DNA of 64,000 nt from Alphaproteobacteria bacterium bin98. GTDB taxonomy: Bacteria > Pseudomonadota > Alphaproteobacteria > Bin98. Positions 1 to 10,067 of this stretch are shown one piece after another (position 1 is the stretch's first letter; each line of letters opens with the position of its first letter). A model generated the notes under the pieces. The model had not been told where the DNA came from. It saw only the letters and a list, made by a program, of their open reading frames with translations, and made no database searches. The stretch spans positions 8,461-72,460 of the forward strand of contig MPNG01000004.1 in assembly GCA_002238905.1 (NCBI GenBank). Direction: 5' to 3'. The translations under genes and the position numbers were made by a program.

Positions 1-919
1 TAACCTCCTACCATTTTTGATTTGCATGAGTATTGCGGCGTTTTCCACTTCTGTGATTGAAACGGCTCTTGAGGTGTTACGTCTTGATAGCGCATCTTTT
101 TCTGTTCCTGGCATGCACTCAGACTGGGTTGCTTCGCAATTGGGCACAGGTGATCGCATTGGATGTCTTCTTGGAAACCCGCTTTTATTATTAATGGTTT
201 CGTTTTCGTCATGGACGGTCGCTCTTTGCGTGCTAGCTGTGCTGTTCTTGCTGTTTATCAGTGCTGTTCGGTCGCTTAACGCACTTTGGGCTTTAGAGGA
301 GGAAGAAACGCGCAAGTCAAGCATTGACGTGATGAGCGCATTGCGCGACCTCTTTTGCAGGTGGGGGTACGTGGTCTATACGCTGCCTTGTTTAATGCTT
401 TTAAGTGAAGCGCTTGTGCGCCCCATGATAGGAGTGATGCTGTTGGATAGAGGGTTTTCTTTGCGTGAAATTTCTTTGGGGTATGGTATTTCTTATGTCG
501 GAGGTGTATTTGGGGCGCGATGTATGTTGCGGTTTTTTCCTGCGCGTGCAAATGCAACCCGGCTTTACTGGTCAGGCTCCATTAACTCTCTGATGAGTGC
601 TTCCTACTCTTTGCTTTGGATGTGGCCCTCCACTACTGCATGTATGATACTTATGTTTTGCTCTGGATGGACGCAAAGTGTGTTTTTGCTTTTTGTGCGA
701 ATATCTTTAGGAGATCTTTGTTCTCGCTCCTACCAATTTATACAAATGGCGTTTTTTCTTTCTTTGTGGGTTGCTATGGCTATTTTTAGTACGCTTGCAG
801 GTTGGCTGTCGAGCGTTGTGGAGTGGAGATACTATTTTGTAATTGTGGGTATTATTTTTGTGCCGTGTGGATACTTCGCTAGTGTGATTTTAAAAAAGAC
901 CCGCGTTAAAGCTTCGTAG
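1..919 (+). CDS. MFS permease, AmpG-like (5' partial, continues upstream of window)
   Basis: ORF open to window edge; no in-frame stop between pos 2 and the TTG at 17; paralogous to the next gene (MLLDRGFSLREISLGYGISY vs MMLIDQGFSLATIGWGYGIGY); multi-TM hydrophobic profile. Confidence 0.6.
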   Translation, partial: NLLPFLICMSIAAFSTSVIETALEVLRLDSASFSVPGMHSDWVASQLGTGDRIGCLLGNPLLLLMVSFSSWTVALCVLAVLFLLFISAVRSLNALWALEEEETRKSSIDVMSALRDLFCRWGYVVYTLPCLMLLSEALVRPMIGVMLLDRGFSLREISLGYGISYVGGVFGARCMLRFFPARANATRLYWSGSINSLMSASYSLLWMWPSTTACMILMFCSGWTQSVFLLFVRISLGDLCSRSYQFIQMAFFLSLWVAMAIFSTLAGWLSSVVEWRYYFVIVGIIFVPCGYFASVILKKTRVKAS

Positions 920-1302
920 TAATGCATCGATTTGTTGATGACAGTAGCGCTCTTATGACTTTTTTGATATGTCTGCATGCAATATAAAAATTTGATATTT
1001 TCGCACTTGAAAGTTACTTTCACGAAGCGAATAAGCGAAAATTAGATTCTTTTCAATGATTTTTTGTGTATAAGAATTTTTTGCATCACGCACAATATTG
1101 CTTCCAACACACCACGCGACTTGTCAGATCATAATAATATTGTATTACTGTAAAATTATACAGAAAAAAAATTATTTTATCAATTAAATTTTTATAGAAA
1201 AATACTTTTTGCAAAAATATACTAAATCCTTCTTGCAGAAGGAAGATTTTGATTTTCATTTCTGTGAAAATGTGTAAGTTGTAAGTAGATACAGGAGATG
1301 AA

Positions 1303-2520
1303 ATGCAAACAGAAAAATTGAAATTTTCGCCTATCAGGATGATAGGGTTGGGAACCCTTAATGGCTCCCTTTACCCACTTATGATGTGGGGAACGCAAAT
1401 GTGGATGAAAAGCCGAGGCTACAGCAACACTTCTGTGGGCCTTATGTCGCTTCTTCTTTTGCCAGTTTTGCTAAAAATGCCTTTGGCTCATTACGCTTCC
1501 CGCTGCTCTCTGAAAGGGTTTCTTGGCGCGAAAAGTCATTATATGGGTTTTTTCTCAGCTGCAGCGCTAACATTCTCTCTTTTCATTTTTATGATGTCTT
1601 GGGTGACTCCCACAAAGCCTGTTTTCTTTTTAAGTTTTATGTTTGTAGGGATGGTGGCGCTTTCGCTCACAGAGCTTTCTATTGAAATTATTCGATTGCG
1701 TTTATCTCTCTACTTTACCTCTATAGCGGAAATTATTATTTCTTTTGCTAATGTTGGGTACCGGTTGGGCGGATTCTTGGTGAAAAGCTGTCTTTTAGGA
1801 GCGGTTGCCTTTTCATCATGGGAGGCAAGTTATATGATTGTGGCTCTGATTTTTGCATCTACAGTCTTTTTTCTGAAGCCTGTTGATCGTGTTTTAAGCC
1901 AACGAAAAGCGCATATTGCTGAAAAAGGTGGAATAAGAGTTGCTCTTTCGCAACTAAAATCTCGCTACGGTTGGTCTGTTTTTGCGATGCCTTGTTTCGT
2001 GGTCTTTGGTGATACATTTGCGCGCTCTATGCTCGGCATGATGTTGATTGATCAAGGCTTCTCTCTAGCCACGATTGGCTGGGGTTATGGGATTGGGTAT
2101 GGATCTGGAATGGTGGGTGCTATGGTGTGCCCGTGGCTTTTTCCAGGCCCTTGCCCTTTTAAGCGATTGGCTATTGTTGGTAGCATAAATGCCTTTAGTA
2201 ACATGCTTTTCTTGCTTGTTCCCATGATGCCATCTTTGACGGTTATGACGCTGACCATGGGATTTGCAGGATTCACACAAGGAGCTTTTTTGCAGCTTGA
2301 AAGATTATGTTTTGGAGAGCTCACTTCTGAAAAATACGCGGTTGAACAAATGGCGCTGTTCTTCTCTTTGTGGGCGCTCAGTAACGTTTTGACAGCGGGC
2401 GGAGGAGCCTTGGCAGACTATACATCTTGGACATTCTTTTTCGTATTTTCTGGTCTTGTTTATATATTTGGGTTAATTTCTATTTATTTTGTGCGAAAAA
2501 GAAGGCAGAATGAAGAGTAA
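1303..2520 (+). CDS. MFS permease, AmpG/muropeptide-transporter-like
   Basis: 405 aa polytopic membrane protein; SD caggagatgaaATG; paralog of upstream partial gene. Confidence 0.6.
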   Translation: MQTEKLKFSPIRMIGLGTLNGSLYPLMMWGTQMWMKSRGYSNTSVGLMSLLLLPVLLKMPLAHYASRCSLKGFLGAKSHYMGFFSAAALTFSLFIFMMSWVTPTKPVFFLSFMFVGMVALSLTELSIEIIRLRLSLYFTSIAEIIISFANVGYRLGGFLVKSCLLGAVAFSSWEASYMIVALIFASTVFFLKPVDRVLSQRKAHIAEKGGIRVALSQLKSRYGWSVFAMPCFVVFGDTFARSMLGMMLIDQGFSLATIGWGYGIGYGSGMVGAMVCPWLFPGPCPFKRLAIVGSINAFSNMLFLLVPMMPSLTVMTLTMGFAGFTQGAFLQLERLCFGELTSEKYAVEQMALFFSLWALSNVLTAGGGALADYTSWTFFFVFSGLVYIFGLISIYFVRKRRQNEE

Positions 2521-2606
2521 TGTTTTGGCGATGGCGTATTGCTGTCTGCTTTTATGAAGGGTTTTCTCCACTAAAAGCTTGGCCAGAATTAGTGTGAAAG
2601 GGAGGA

Positions 2607-2888
2607 ATGATGACTAAAGGTGATGTAGCCACAAGGCTTGTAGGGATGTTTCCAGACTTGAAAAGAACGGAAGCGCAAAACCTGACAGAAGCAGTTTTTG
2701 CTATTGTAACGCAATCTCTTGTGTCTGGTAAGGACGGCGTTGTGCGAATTCATGGATTCGGAACGTTTGAGGTGACTGAGCGTGCTGCTCGTACGGGGCG
2801 TAACCCTAAAACAGGGGAAACAATTGCGATCCCTGCAAGGAAGATGGTCCGCTTTCGTCCTTCAAGCACACTGAAAGATGCGCTGTAG
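2607..2888 (+). CDS. HU/IHF family nucleoid DNA-binding protein
   Basis: 93 aa; motif GFGTFEVTERAARTGRNPKTGE characteristic of HU/IHF. Confidence 0.85.
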   Translation: MMTKGDVATRLVGMFPDLKRTEAQNLTEAVFAIVTQSLVSGKDGVVRIHGFGTFEVTERAARTGRNPKTGETIAIPARKMVRFRPSSTLKDAL

Positions 2889-2978
2889 TGCTCTTTTTTG
2901 GTGCTAAAAAAAGAATTTTAATTGCGCTAGGGGGGTTTGCACTAGTGGCACTACTTTTGTGGTGGGTTTGGTAAAAGA

Positions 2979-3659
2979 ATGGAAAGCAACATTGTGTTAA
3001 GAGATCTTAAGGTTTCTTTTCAAAAAAACACGGTTTTGAATATCCCCTCTTTATCTGTCCCGTCACAAAAGCTTGTGGCTGTAGTGGGCCCAAATGGTGG
3101 CGGCAAAACGACTTTTTTGCGCGCTTTACTTGCTCGTGATGTGCGATATGCTGGCTCTGTGAGTTGTCCATGTTCATGGGTTTATATGGCTCAGAATGCC
3201 TCTGAGCGCAAAGATTTTCCCATAACAGTTAAGGAATACGTTGCAGCGGGTTTATACAAACTTTCTGGGCCGTTTTCCCAGTTTTCTGAAGATGATTGTG
3301 CAAAAATTGTGCAAGGGTTGGAGCAAGTTTGCTTAACAGGCTATCAAGATCGCTTGTTGCATCAGCTATCAGGTGGTGAATGGCAGCGTGTGCAGCTTGC
3401 GCGATTTCTTCTTCTTGAATCAGGAGGGTACCTTTTAGACGAACCGTTCTCTGCGATGGATCGTCGGATGGTTCATTTACTCCAAGAACGTTTACAAAAT
3501 TTGCGTGAGAAAGGAAAAACAATTTTTGTGGTTACACACGATCTTGTATCGGTTCGCGAATTTTTTGATTACGCAATTTTGCTGCGTGGTGATGTTGTGG
3601 CACACGGAAAACCTTCTGAAGTGCTAGTGCATCAAAATATAGAAAAGGCTTATGGATAG
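2979..3659 (+). CDS. znuC: metal (Zn/Mn) ABC transporter ATP-binding protein
   Basis: Walker A GPNGGGKTT, signature LSGGEWQRV; first gene of a C-B-A operon with overlapping ends. Confidence 0.75.
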   Translation: MESNIVLRDLKVSFQKNTVLNIPSLSVPSQKLVAVVGPNGGGKTTFLRALLARDVRYAGSVSCPCSWVYMAQNASERKDFPITVKEYVAAGLYKLSGPFSQFSEDDCAKIVQGLEQVCLTGYQDRLLHQLSGGEWQRVQLARFLLLESGGYLLDEPFSAMDRRMVHLLQERLQNLREKGKTIFVVTHDLVSVREFFDYAILLRGDVVAHGKPSEVLVHQNIEKAYG

Positions 3660-4494
3660 TATTTTTCAACCATTCGAATACCTTTTTATGAAACGCGCCC
3701 TTGCAGGGTGTCTAATTCTGAGTCTGGGCAGTTGTCCCATTGGTGTTTTGTTGGTGCTACGTCGTATGAGTCTGATAGGTGATGCCCTTTCACATGCCAT
3801 ATTCCTTGGTGTGGCAGGCGCTTACTCTCTTTTTGGATTGAGCTTTTTAATGATGAGTGTGGGTGGCTTTGTGAGTGGCGTATGTGTCGCTATCTTGGCG
3901 GGTGTTCTTTCACGAAGAACTCACATGAAAGAAGATGCAAGCTTTGCAGCTTTTGTAGTGCTTTCTCTTGCGTTAGGCGTTTTGCTTGTCTCGCTTCAGC
4001 GTCGTAGCGTTGATCTTTTACAGGTTTTGTTTGGATCTATTCTGGCGATTGGTCGAGAAGAGCTGCTTTTAATGGCTATTATTTGTTTTATAACGTTTTT
4101 GCTGATGATGCTGTTTTACAGGCCATTTGTTTACGAGTGTTGTGATGTGACCTTTTTTGGACAAGTATCTAAAAAAGTAGGTGTTTACCACACCATGTTT
4201 TTAATTTTAATTGTTTGTAACCTCATAGCAGGGTTTCAGACTATTGGTACACTTCTTTCTGTAGGACTAATGGTTCTTCCTGCTATTATTGCGCGGTTTT
4301 GGTTTCAAAAATTAACAAGCCTTTTGATCGGGTCGGTTCTAATTGGCTGCGTGTCAGGGATCATTGGACTCTATGCTGCCTTCTTTCTTGATTGGCCTGC
4401 TGGACCTGGCATCATTATTGTGATGGGCGCTTTGTATGCTATCTCCGCGTTTATTGGTCGTTATGGGAGCATGCGATGCTTGGCAAAATCCTAA
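3652..4494 (+). CDS. znuB: metal ABC transporter permease (ABC-3 family)
   Basis: 280 aa polytopic; position between ATPase and TroA-like binding protein; overlaps neighbours. Confidence 0.75.
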   Translation: MDSIFQPFEYLFMKRALAGCLILSLGSCPIGVLLVLRRMSLIGDALSHAIFLGVAGAYSLFGLSFLMMSVGGFVSGVCVAILAGVLSRRTHMKEDASFAAFVVLSLALGVLLVSLQRRSVDLLQVLFGSILAIGREELLLMAIICFITFLLMMLFYRPFVYECCDVTFFGQVSKKVGVYHTMFLILIVCNLIAGFQTIGTLLSVGLMVLPAIIARFWFQKLTSLLIGSVLIGCVSGIIGLYAAFFLDWPAGPGIIIVMGALYAISAFIGRYGSMRCLAKS

Positions 4495-5369
4495 TTCTTG
4501 CAGCAACAATAAATAGCCTTTTTGCGCACACTCCTTTGAAAGTCGTGGCGTCTTTTACCGTCATTAAAGATTTTGTGGAACGTATTGGGGGAGATCGCGT
4601 GGAAGTGGTGTCTGTAGTAGGTCCCAATGGAGATCCGCACTCTTATGAGCCAACCCCGCAAGATGTTTGCCGATTTGCAGAAGCCGATATAGTCTTTATT
4701 AATGGTTTGCACCTTGATAGCTGGGTGCGCAAGCTTTTGGCAAGCTCCAACCGTCAAAGCTCTGTCTATACTGTAACTGCAGGTATTAATCCTCGACTTG
4801 TACAAGAAGAAAGTGGGATAGTGTGCGATCCTCATGCTTGGCATGACCCTATGAACGCTGTCATATATGTGCAAAACATTACTAACATTCTTGTACAAAA
4901 AGATCCGGATTCTGCTGAGTTTTATAAAAAACGTGCCAGGGATTATATTGCGCGTTTGTACGATTTGTATAACCGTATTAAAGATATGTTCGATAGTTTG
5001 CCTTCTTATGCACGTATTGTGATGACCGCACACGAAGGGTTTGGTTACTTTGGTCGTGCATTTGGATTAGAGTTTCATGCGCCCATGGGTATGAGTACAG
5101 AAGAAGAAGCACGGCCAAAAGATTTGGCTCGGCTGATTAAAATGATTGGAAAAATGGGCATGAAAATACTCTTTGCTGAATCTATATCAAACGATAAAGT
5201 GATTGTACAGGTGGCAAACGAAACAGGAATATCCTTAGGTGTGCCTCTTTATTCCGACTCTTTATCAGAACCCTCTGGACCCGCGGCAAGCTACGAAGCT
5301 ATGCTGATGCATAATGCGACGCACATTAAAAATGCCACCTCACAAATATTGATGCCAGTATGCTCGTAA
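4476..5369 (+). CDS. znuA: metal-binding periplasmic substrate-binding protein, TroA/ZnuA family
   Basis: start chosen at MLGKILILAATINSLFA signal peptide; length and operon context; no His-rich loop, so Zn vs Mn unresolved. Confidence 0.65.
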   Translation: MLGKILILAATINSLFAHTPLKVVASFTVIKDFVERIGGDRVEVVSVVGPNGDPHSYEPTPQDVCRFAEADIVFINGLHLDSWVRKLLASSNRQSSVYTVTAGINPRLVQEESGIVCDPHAWHDPMNAVIYVQNITNILVQKDPDSAEFYKKRARDYIARLYDLYNRIKDMFDSLPSYARIVMTAHEGFGYFGRAFGLEFHAPMGMSTEEEARPKDLARLIKMIGKMGMKILFAESISNDKVIVQVANETGISLGVPLYSDSLSEPSGPAASYEAMLMHNATHIKNATSQILMPVCS

Positions 5370-5470
5370 TCTTTTTGATCGCTTGTTGCTATACTGGATG
5401 ATGCAAACACAGAGAATGAAAATATAAATTGGTAGTATGTTTGCAGCAAACAACTTTATATGTGTGCTCA

Positions 5471-5845
5471 TTAAATGGATAGCCACCGCAAAGATGGTAA
5501 AAACGGAAAAGTCGATGTTGTATGACGTGCAATAACACAGCAATGAAAATGTGTCATGCTTTTATAAAAAGTGACGTCAGACACTCTCATAGAGTGGGGT
5601 GTAATGATACTCTTGACGCCTGCCTCAATGCATTCCCACGCTAATCCAGGAGAGTGACGCGTGTACACAGTGACAGATACGCAATCATCTTGTTGTGCAC
5701 TGTGATGCTGTACACACTCAGCGCCGTAACGCGCAACAATCGATTCTGTGTACACAAGGTAGGTATGATAAAATGATGTGAGATTTGTATGCTCTAGAGT
5801 GATTAGGTCATGCAAAGTGAGAATACAGACAGTGCGACGCTTCAT
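5471..5845 (-). CDS. hypothetical small protein (124 aa), doubtful
   Basis: only ORF in a 500 bp spacer; Cys/His-rich; no recognisable domain. Confidence 0.2.
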   Translation of the reverse strand: MKRRTVCILTLHDLITLEHTNLTSFYHTYLVYTESIVARYGAECVQHHSAQQDDCVSVTVYTRHSPGLAWECIEAGVKSIITPHSMRVSDVTFYKSMTHFHCCVIARHTTSTFPFLPSLRWLSI

Positions 5846-5888
5846 ACCATTACGCTACCTTAACTTTCGAGTTTATGGAAGTTTATCG

Positions 5889-6833
5889 ATGCTACTGTGT
5901 GCTACGCTTTTGAGTCAATCAGTACAGCTATCTGCACTAGGAGGCTTGGGAAAATCAGTGCAGCTAGCGGTTCCTATGGGAGGGGTGGATAAGGAAGTTT
6001 TAGAACGCTTTACAAAGCAAACGGGTGTGTGCGTAGAAGAGCTTAATTACGATGAAAGTAATGTCATTGGCACAGTTTTATCTATAGCTAAGCGCTATAT
6101 TACAGGTGATGTTTTTATTCTTTCGCATAACGCACTTATGCTCACACCTCTTGATAAATTTCAAGAAGAGTATTTTGCAGATGTGACGGATATTTATCAA
6201 GAAGAATGCCAAGATATACTGCCCCAGTACACGAATATGTTGCAAACAAAAACCTCAAAATGTACCCGAATTCCCCTGTGTACGTCGCCGCTTTATGCGT
6301 TTATGCAAAAGCCTCTTGAGGGTGGTTTGGCTATTGCCGATTTGTTCTCGCAAGATTTTCTCGATACTCTTCCTAAAAAAAGCATTTGGGTGCTTGGCGG
6401 TGTTACGATGCTGGTTCAGATGATTATTTGGTCGATGCGCGTAAACAAAATGCTTTTGACTAACGAAAATATTCATAGCATGATTAAGAAAATCACCCCT
6501 TATATTGGCGGTATTTCTAAAGATAGTAATGTGGCATCTTCCGCTTTGCACAAAAAAGAAATTTGCATGATTGTTACGGATATAGGCGATATTGCTACGT
6601 TAGAAGATGTGCCACGATATAACATGACTTCTGGATCATTTTTTTCTATTGAATACTGTGCTTTGCACTACACATCCTCTGAGAAAAAAGAAGCCAGAGC
6701 ACTGGTGCGTTACCTTGCAGCCAACGTTATAGATGATTCTGTGAAAAAACCATCCCAAGTATATGATGAACCGTTTGTTGATCAATCTGTCTGGGAGGCG
6801 TGCTATTTTTCTCTTGCAGAGGCCTTATGCTAG
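5889..6833 (+). CDS. hypothetical secreted protein
   Basis: start moved to MLLCATLLSQSVQLSALG signal-peptide-like N-terminus; sits where CpoB/YbgF lies upstream of tilS in alphaproteobacteria but no TPR seen. Confidence 0.45.
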   Translation: MLLCATLLSQSVQLSALGGLGKSVQLAVPMGGVDKEVLERFTKQTGVCVEELNYDESNVIGTVLSIAKRYITGDVFILSHNALMLTPLDKFQEEYFADVTDIYQEECQDILPQYTNMLQTKTSKCTRIPLCTSPLYAFMQKPLEGGLAIADLFSQDFLDTLPKKSIWVLGGVTMLVQMIIWSMRVNKMLLTNENIHSMIKKITPYIGGISKDSNVASSALHKKEICMIVTDIGDIATLEDVPRYNMTSGSFFSIEYCALHYTSSEKKEARALVRYLAANVIDDSVKKPSQVYDEPFVDQSVWEACYFSLAEALC

Positions 6834-8038
6834 GCAAGGTGATGCGTGCGTTTGAAGACGCTATGAACGCTTATCAATGGGAAAAATCGCCCACCATCGC
6901 TGTTGCTTTATCGGGTGGTCAAGACAGTACAGCGCTTACACTATGTGCACAAATATGGTGTGAAAAACATAACGGAAAGCTGGTGGCCTTGCATGTTGAT
7001 CATGGTATGCGATCGGTGTCTTCACAAGAAGCACAGTGTGTTCTTGATTGGTGTCGATCACACAATATCACAGGTCACATCTTAACTTGCAACAAAGTGG
7101 CCAGTAGCCAAGAAACAGCGCGCTTAAAGCGCTACAATCTTTTGGGAAAGTGGTGTGAAGAGAATAAAATCTACCATTTATTGGTAGGACATCACGCATG
7201 GGATCAAGCGGAAACAGTCATTATGCGCCAAAAGCGCAAATCTTCTGGAGTTGGTTTGATGGGCATGCAGCCTATGCGTATTACAGAATGGGGAAGAATT
7301 TTACGTCCATTGCTTACTCTTCCTCCTCAGGGGTGGGATCAATGCGGTTACAGTGTGGATGATGCAAGCAATCAAAATATGCAGTATGAACGTGTGCAGG
7401 TGCGCACGCAAATTATTGCTAACGCCTCCTTAAGAGAAGAAGCACTCCATTTGCAAAAACAATCATGTCAAGAGCAAGAATCCCAACACGCACACTTAGT
7501 AGAAGCTATTGCCAAGTATGTGCGCTTAGATGCAAATGGCGTGTGTGTTTGTGCACGTGAGGTTTTTGATACCAACAATCCTGTGCACTGCGCACTTTTG
7601 AAAAGAATTATTATGACTGTATCTGGTAAAGTGCTGCCTATACGCCTGAAGGTGTGGGATATGTTTTGTGATCGTATACCCCACTGGCTTTGTGGACAAA
7701 AGGTGACTTTGGGCGGTTGTGTGCTGTTAAAGCGTCAGAGTGATGTGTGCATTATGCGCGAATATAAAAGAATACAAAAAATCATAGTGAAACCAGGAAA
7801 ACAAGCTTTGTTTGATGGACGGTTTATAATTGATAATCCTACACCGTATACACGAGAAATCGATGCATGGGGCAATCTTTGCTCTCAGATAAAAGAGCAA
7901 GAGATGGCGTTTCCTGCGTATAGGAACAAAGAAGGCGTTTGTGAAGTGCCGCGATCGCACCAATCGGTAGGCATGCGCAGCGTATTTATGCCCATGATAC
8001 CTTTGATGGGGTACCGATTTTCTTGTGTGATGCGCTAA
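6827..8038 (+). CDS. tilS: tRNA(Ile)-lysidine synthetase
   Basis: PP-loop SGGQDST; tilS-ftsH-glmM synteny. Confidence 0.8.
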   Translation: MLGKVMRAFEDAMNAYQWEKSPTIAVALSGGQDSTALTLCAQIWCEKHNGKLVALHVDHGMRSVSSQEAQCVLDWCRSHNITGHILTCNKVASSQETARLKRYNLLGKWCEENKIYHLLVGHHAWDQAETVIMRQKRKSSGVGLMGMQPMRITEWGRILRPLLTLPPQGWDQCGYSVDDASNQNMQYERVQVRTQIIANASLREEALHLQKQSCQEQESQHAHLVEAIAKYVRLDANGVCVCAREVFDTNNPVHCALLKRIIMTVSGKVLPIRLKVWDMFCDRIPHWLCGQKVTLGGCVLLKRQSDVCIMREYKRIQKIIVKPGKQALFDGRFIIDNPTPYTREIDAWGNLCSQIKEQEMAFPAYRNKEGVCEVPRSHQSVGMRSVFMPMIPLMGYRFSCVMR

Positions 8039-8153
8039 ATATGGTGAAAATATACACTTTATACTCTCTAAAAGTGAAAAAATAAGAGCTTAACGGAGCG
8101 ACCTTTGGTATTATGAAATAGAAGGAATTGGCGGCTTCAGAAAAAAGTCGATA

Positions 8154-10067
8154 TTGGAGTATACTGTGTCAGTTAATCAAAAACATTTTTGGATTTTAAT
8201 ATGCGCTGTTTTGGGATTAGCGCTAGTCTATAATTCTATGGATAATTCGCGCCAAACTGCGCAATCGCATGTGGTGGAATATTCAGCGTTTAAAAAAGCC
8301 GTGGATACGCAAAAGGTTCGTGAAGCCTCTTTGAAGGGAGACTTAGTGATTGGAAAATATGTCACCGGCGATGTCTTTGTGACCCGCATTCCATCTCATT
8401 TGCAAGTGGCGAACCTCTTAACAGCGCAAGGCGTAAGAGTAGAAGCGTTGGATCGTGAAGATGATATACCTTCTTTTTGGAGTATTTTAATATCATGGTT
8501 TCCGGTGCTTTTGTTTATTGCTGTGTGGGTTTACTTTTATCGCCAGATGAATTCCAAAGGCGGCAATGTTATGGGTTTTGGTCGCGCCAAAACAAAATCC
8601 CTTACAGAACATCAACGTATTGTGCGTTTTAAAGACGTGGCTGGTGTGGAAGAAGCTAAAGAAGAGCTTCAAGAGATTGTTGATTACTTAAAAGATCCCG
8701 ATCGCTATCAACGCTTAGGAGGAAAATTACCGCGCGGTGTTTTGCTGGTAGGACCTCCAGGAACAGGAAAAACCCTCTTGGCTCGTGCGGTTGCCGGTGA
8801 AGCTGGTGTCTCTTTCTTTAGTATTTCTGGATCTGACTTTGTGGAAATGTTTGTGGGAGTGGGTGCATCTCGTGTGCGTGATTTGTTTGAACAAGCTAAG
8901 AAAAAATCCCCATGCATTGTGTTTGTTGATGAAATCGATGCGGTGGGACGTCACCGTGGCGCCGGTATGGGTGGTGGAAACGATGAGCGTGAGCAAACAC
9001 TGAATCAGCTTTTGGTGGAGATGGATGGTTTTGAGCCGCAAGTAAATATTATTATTATTGCCGCTACTAACAGGCCGGATGTATTAGATAAAGCACTTCT
9101 GCGCCCTGGGCGTTTTGATCGTCAAGTTGTTGTGCCTCTTCCAGATGTGCGTGGTCGTGAAGCGATTGTGCGCGTGCACCTTGAAAAAGTGCGACACACT
9201 GCAGATGTGGAGCCTCTTGTGATTGCGCGTGGTACACCAGGATTTTCTGGTGCGGATCTTGCAAACATCGTGAACGAAAGCGCTCTTCTTGCAGCGCGCT
9301 CTGGAAAACAAAAAGTGGACGCAACAGACCTAGAAGAAGCAAAAGATAAAGTGATGATGGGAGCAGAGCGTCGCTCCATGGTTATGAGCGAAAATGAAAA
9401 GAAACTGACGGCATACCACGAAGCAGGACACGCGCTTGTGGCCGTGCATACACCAGGATCAGACCCTATTCATAAAGTGACCGTGATTCCACGTGGGCGA
9501 GCGCTTGGTATGGTGATGCAGCTTCCAGATAAAGATGTGCTTTCTGTTACACGTGCAAAACTGCGTGGTGATATTGCTATTGCTATGGGCGGTCGTGTAG
9601 CTGAGGAAATGATTTTTGGCGCTGATAATATGACCACGGGCGCTGAATCAGACATTCAGATGGCGACAGAGCGCGCTAAGGCTATGGTGGGGCGCTGGGG
9701 AATGAGCGATGATCTTGGTCCACTGAATTATATGCAGGATACTAACCCATTTACCTCTAATGGAGAAGCTTTGCCTATTTCTGATAAAGTCGCAGAGCGT
9801 ATGGATAAAGAAGTGTGTCGCATTGTTCTGGAAGGTTATGAATCCGCTAGGAAGGTTCTGAAAAAACATAAAGACCAACTCGAGCTGTTAGCACAAGTAC
9901 TGCTCCAAAGAGAAACCTTGACCGGTGCTGATGTAACAGCGCTTTTGTCTGGTAAGGATTTGGGCCCTATTCCTCAAAAAAGAAAGGTGGTTAGACGAAA
10001 AACGTCTCTGACCCCTGGGCCAGAAATGAAAACAACAAAGACAATAAAAAAAGCCCCTAAAAAATAA
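8154..10067 (+). CDS. ftsH: ATP-dependent zinc metalloprotease FtsH
   Basis: AAA Walker A GPPGTGKT, second region of homology, HEAGH zinc site; TTG/GTG start likely. Confidence 0.95.
   Translation: MEYTVSVNQKHFWILICAVLGLALVYNSMDNSRQTAQSHVVEYSAFKKAVDTQKVREASLKGDLVIGKYVTGDVFVTRIPSHLQVANLLTAQGVRVEALDREDDIPSFWSILISWFPVLLFIAVWVYFYRQMNSKGGNVMGFGRAKTKSLTEHQRIVRFKDVAGVEEAKEELQEIVDYLKDPDRYQRLGGKLPRGVLLVGPPGTGKTLLARAVAGEAGVSFFSISGSDFVEMFVGVGASRVRDLFEQAKKKSPCIVFVDEIDAVGRHRGAGMGGGNDEREQTLNQLLVEMDGFEPQVNIIIIAATNRPDVLDKALLRPGRFDRQVVVPLPDVRGREAIVRVHLEKVRHTADVEPLVIARGTPGFSGADLANIVNESALLAARSGKQKVDATDLEEAKDKVMMGAERRSMVMSENEKKLTAYHEAGHALVAVHTPGSDPIHKVTVIPRGRALGMVMQLPDKDVLSVTRAKLRGDIAIAMGGRVAEEMIFGADNMTTGAESDIQMATERAKAMVGRWGMSDDLGPLNYMQDTNPFTSNGEALPISDKVAERMDKEVCRIVLEGYESARKVLKKHKDQLELLAQVLLQRETLTGADVTALLSGKDLGPIPQKRKVVRRKTSLTPGPEMKTTKTIKKAPKK

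Noticed and set aside
1386-1685. 99-aa ORF in alternate frame within the AmpG-like gene
   Set aside because: It sits inside a membrane-protein gene with good hydropathy periodicity in the main frame, and has no SD.
8708-9379. Several 60-100 aa ORFs antisense or out of frame inside ftsH (and similar ones inside ileS, nrdA, valS, glyS, ddl)
   Set aside because: They lie fully inside well-supported long genes, lack SD sequences, and have no recognisable features. They are typical shadow ORFs of GC-rich coding DNA.
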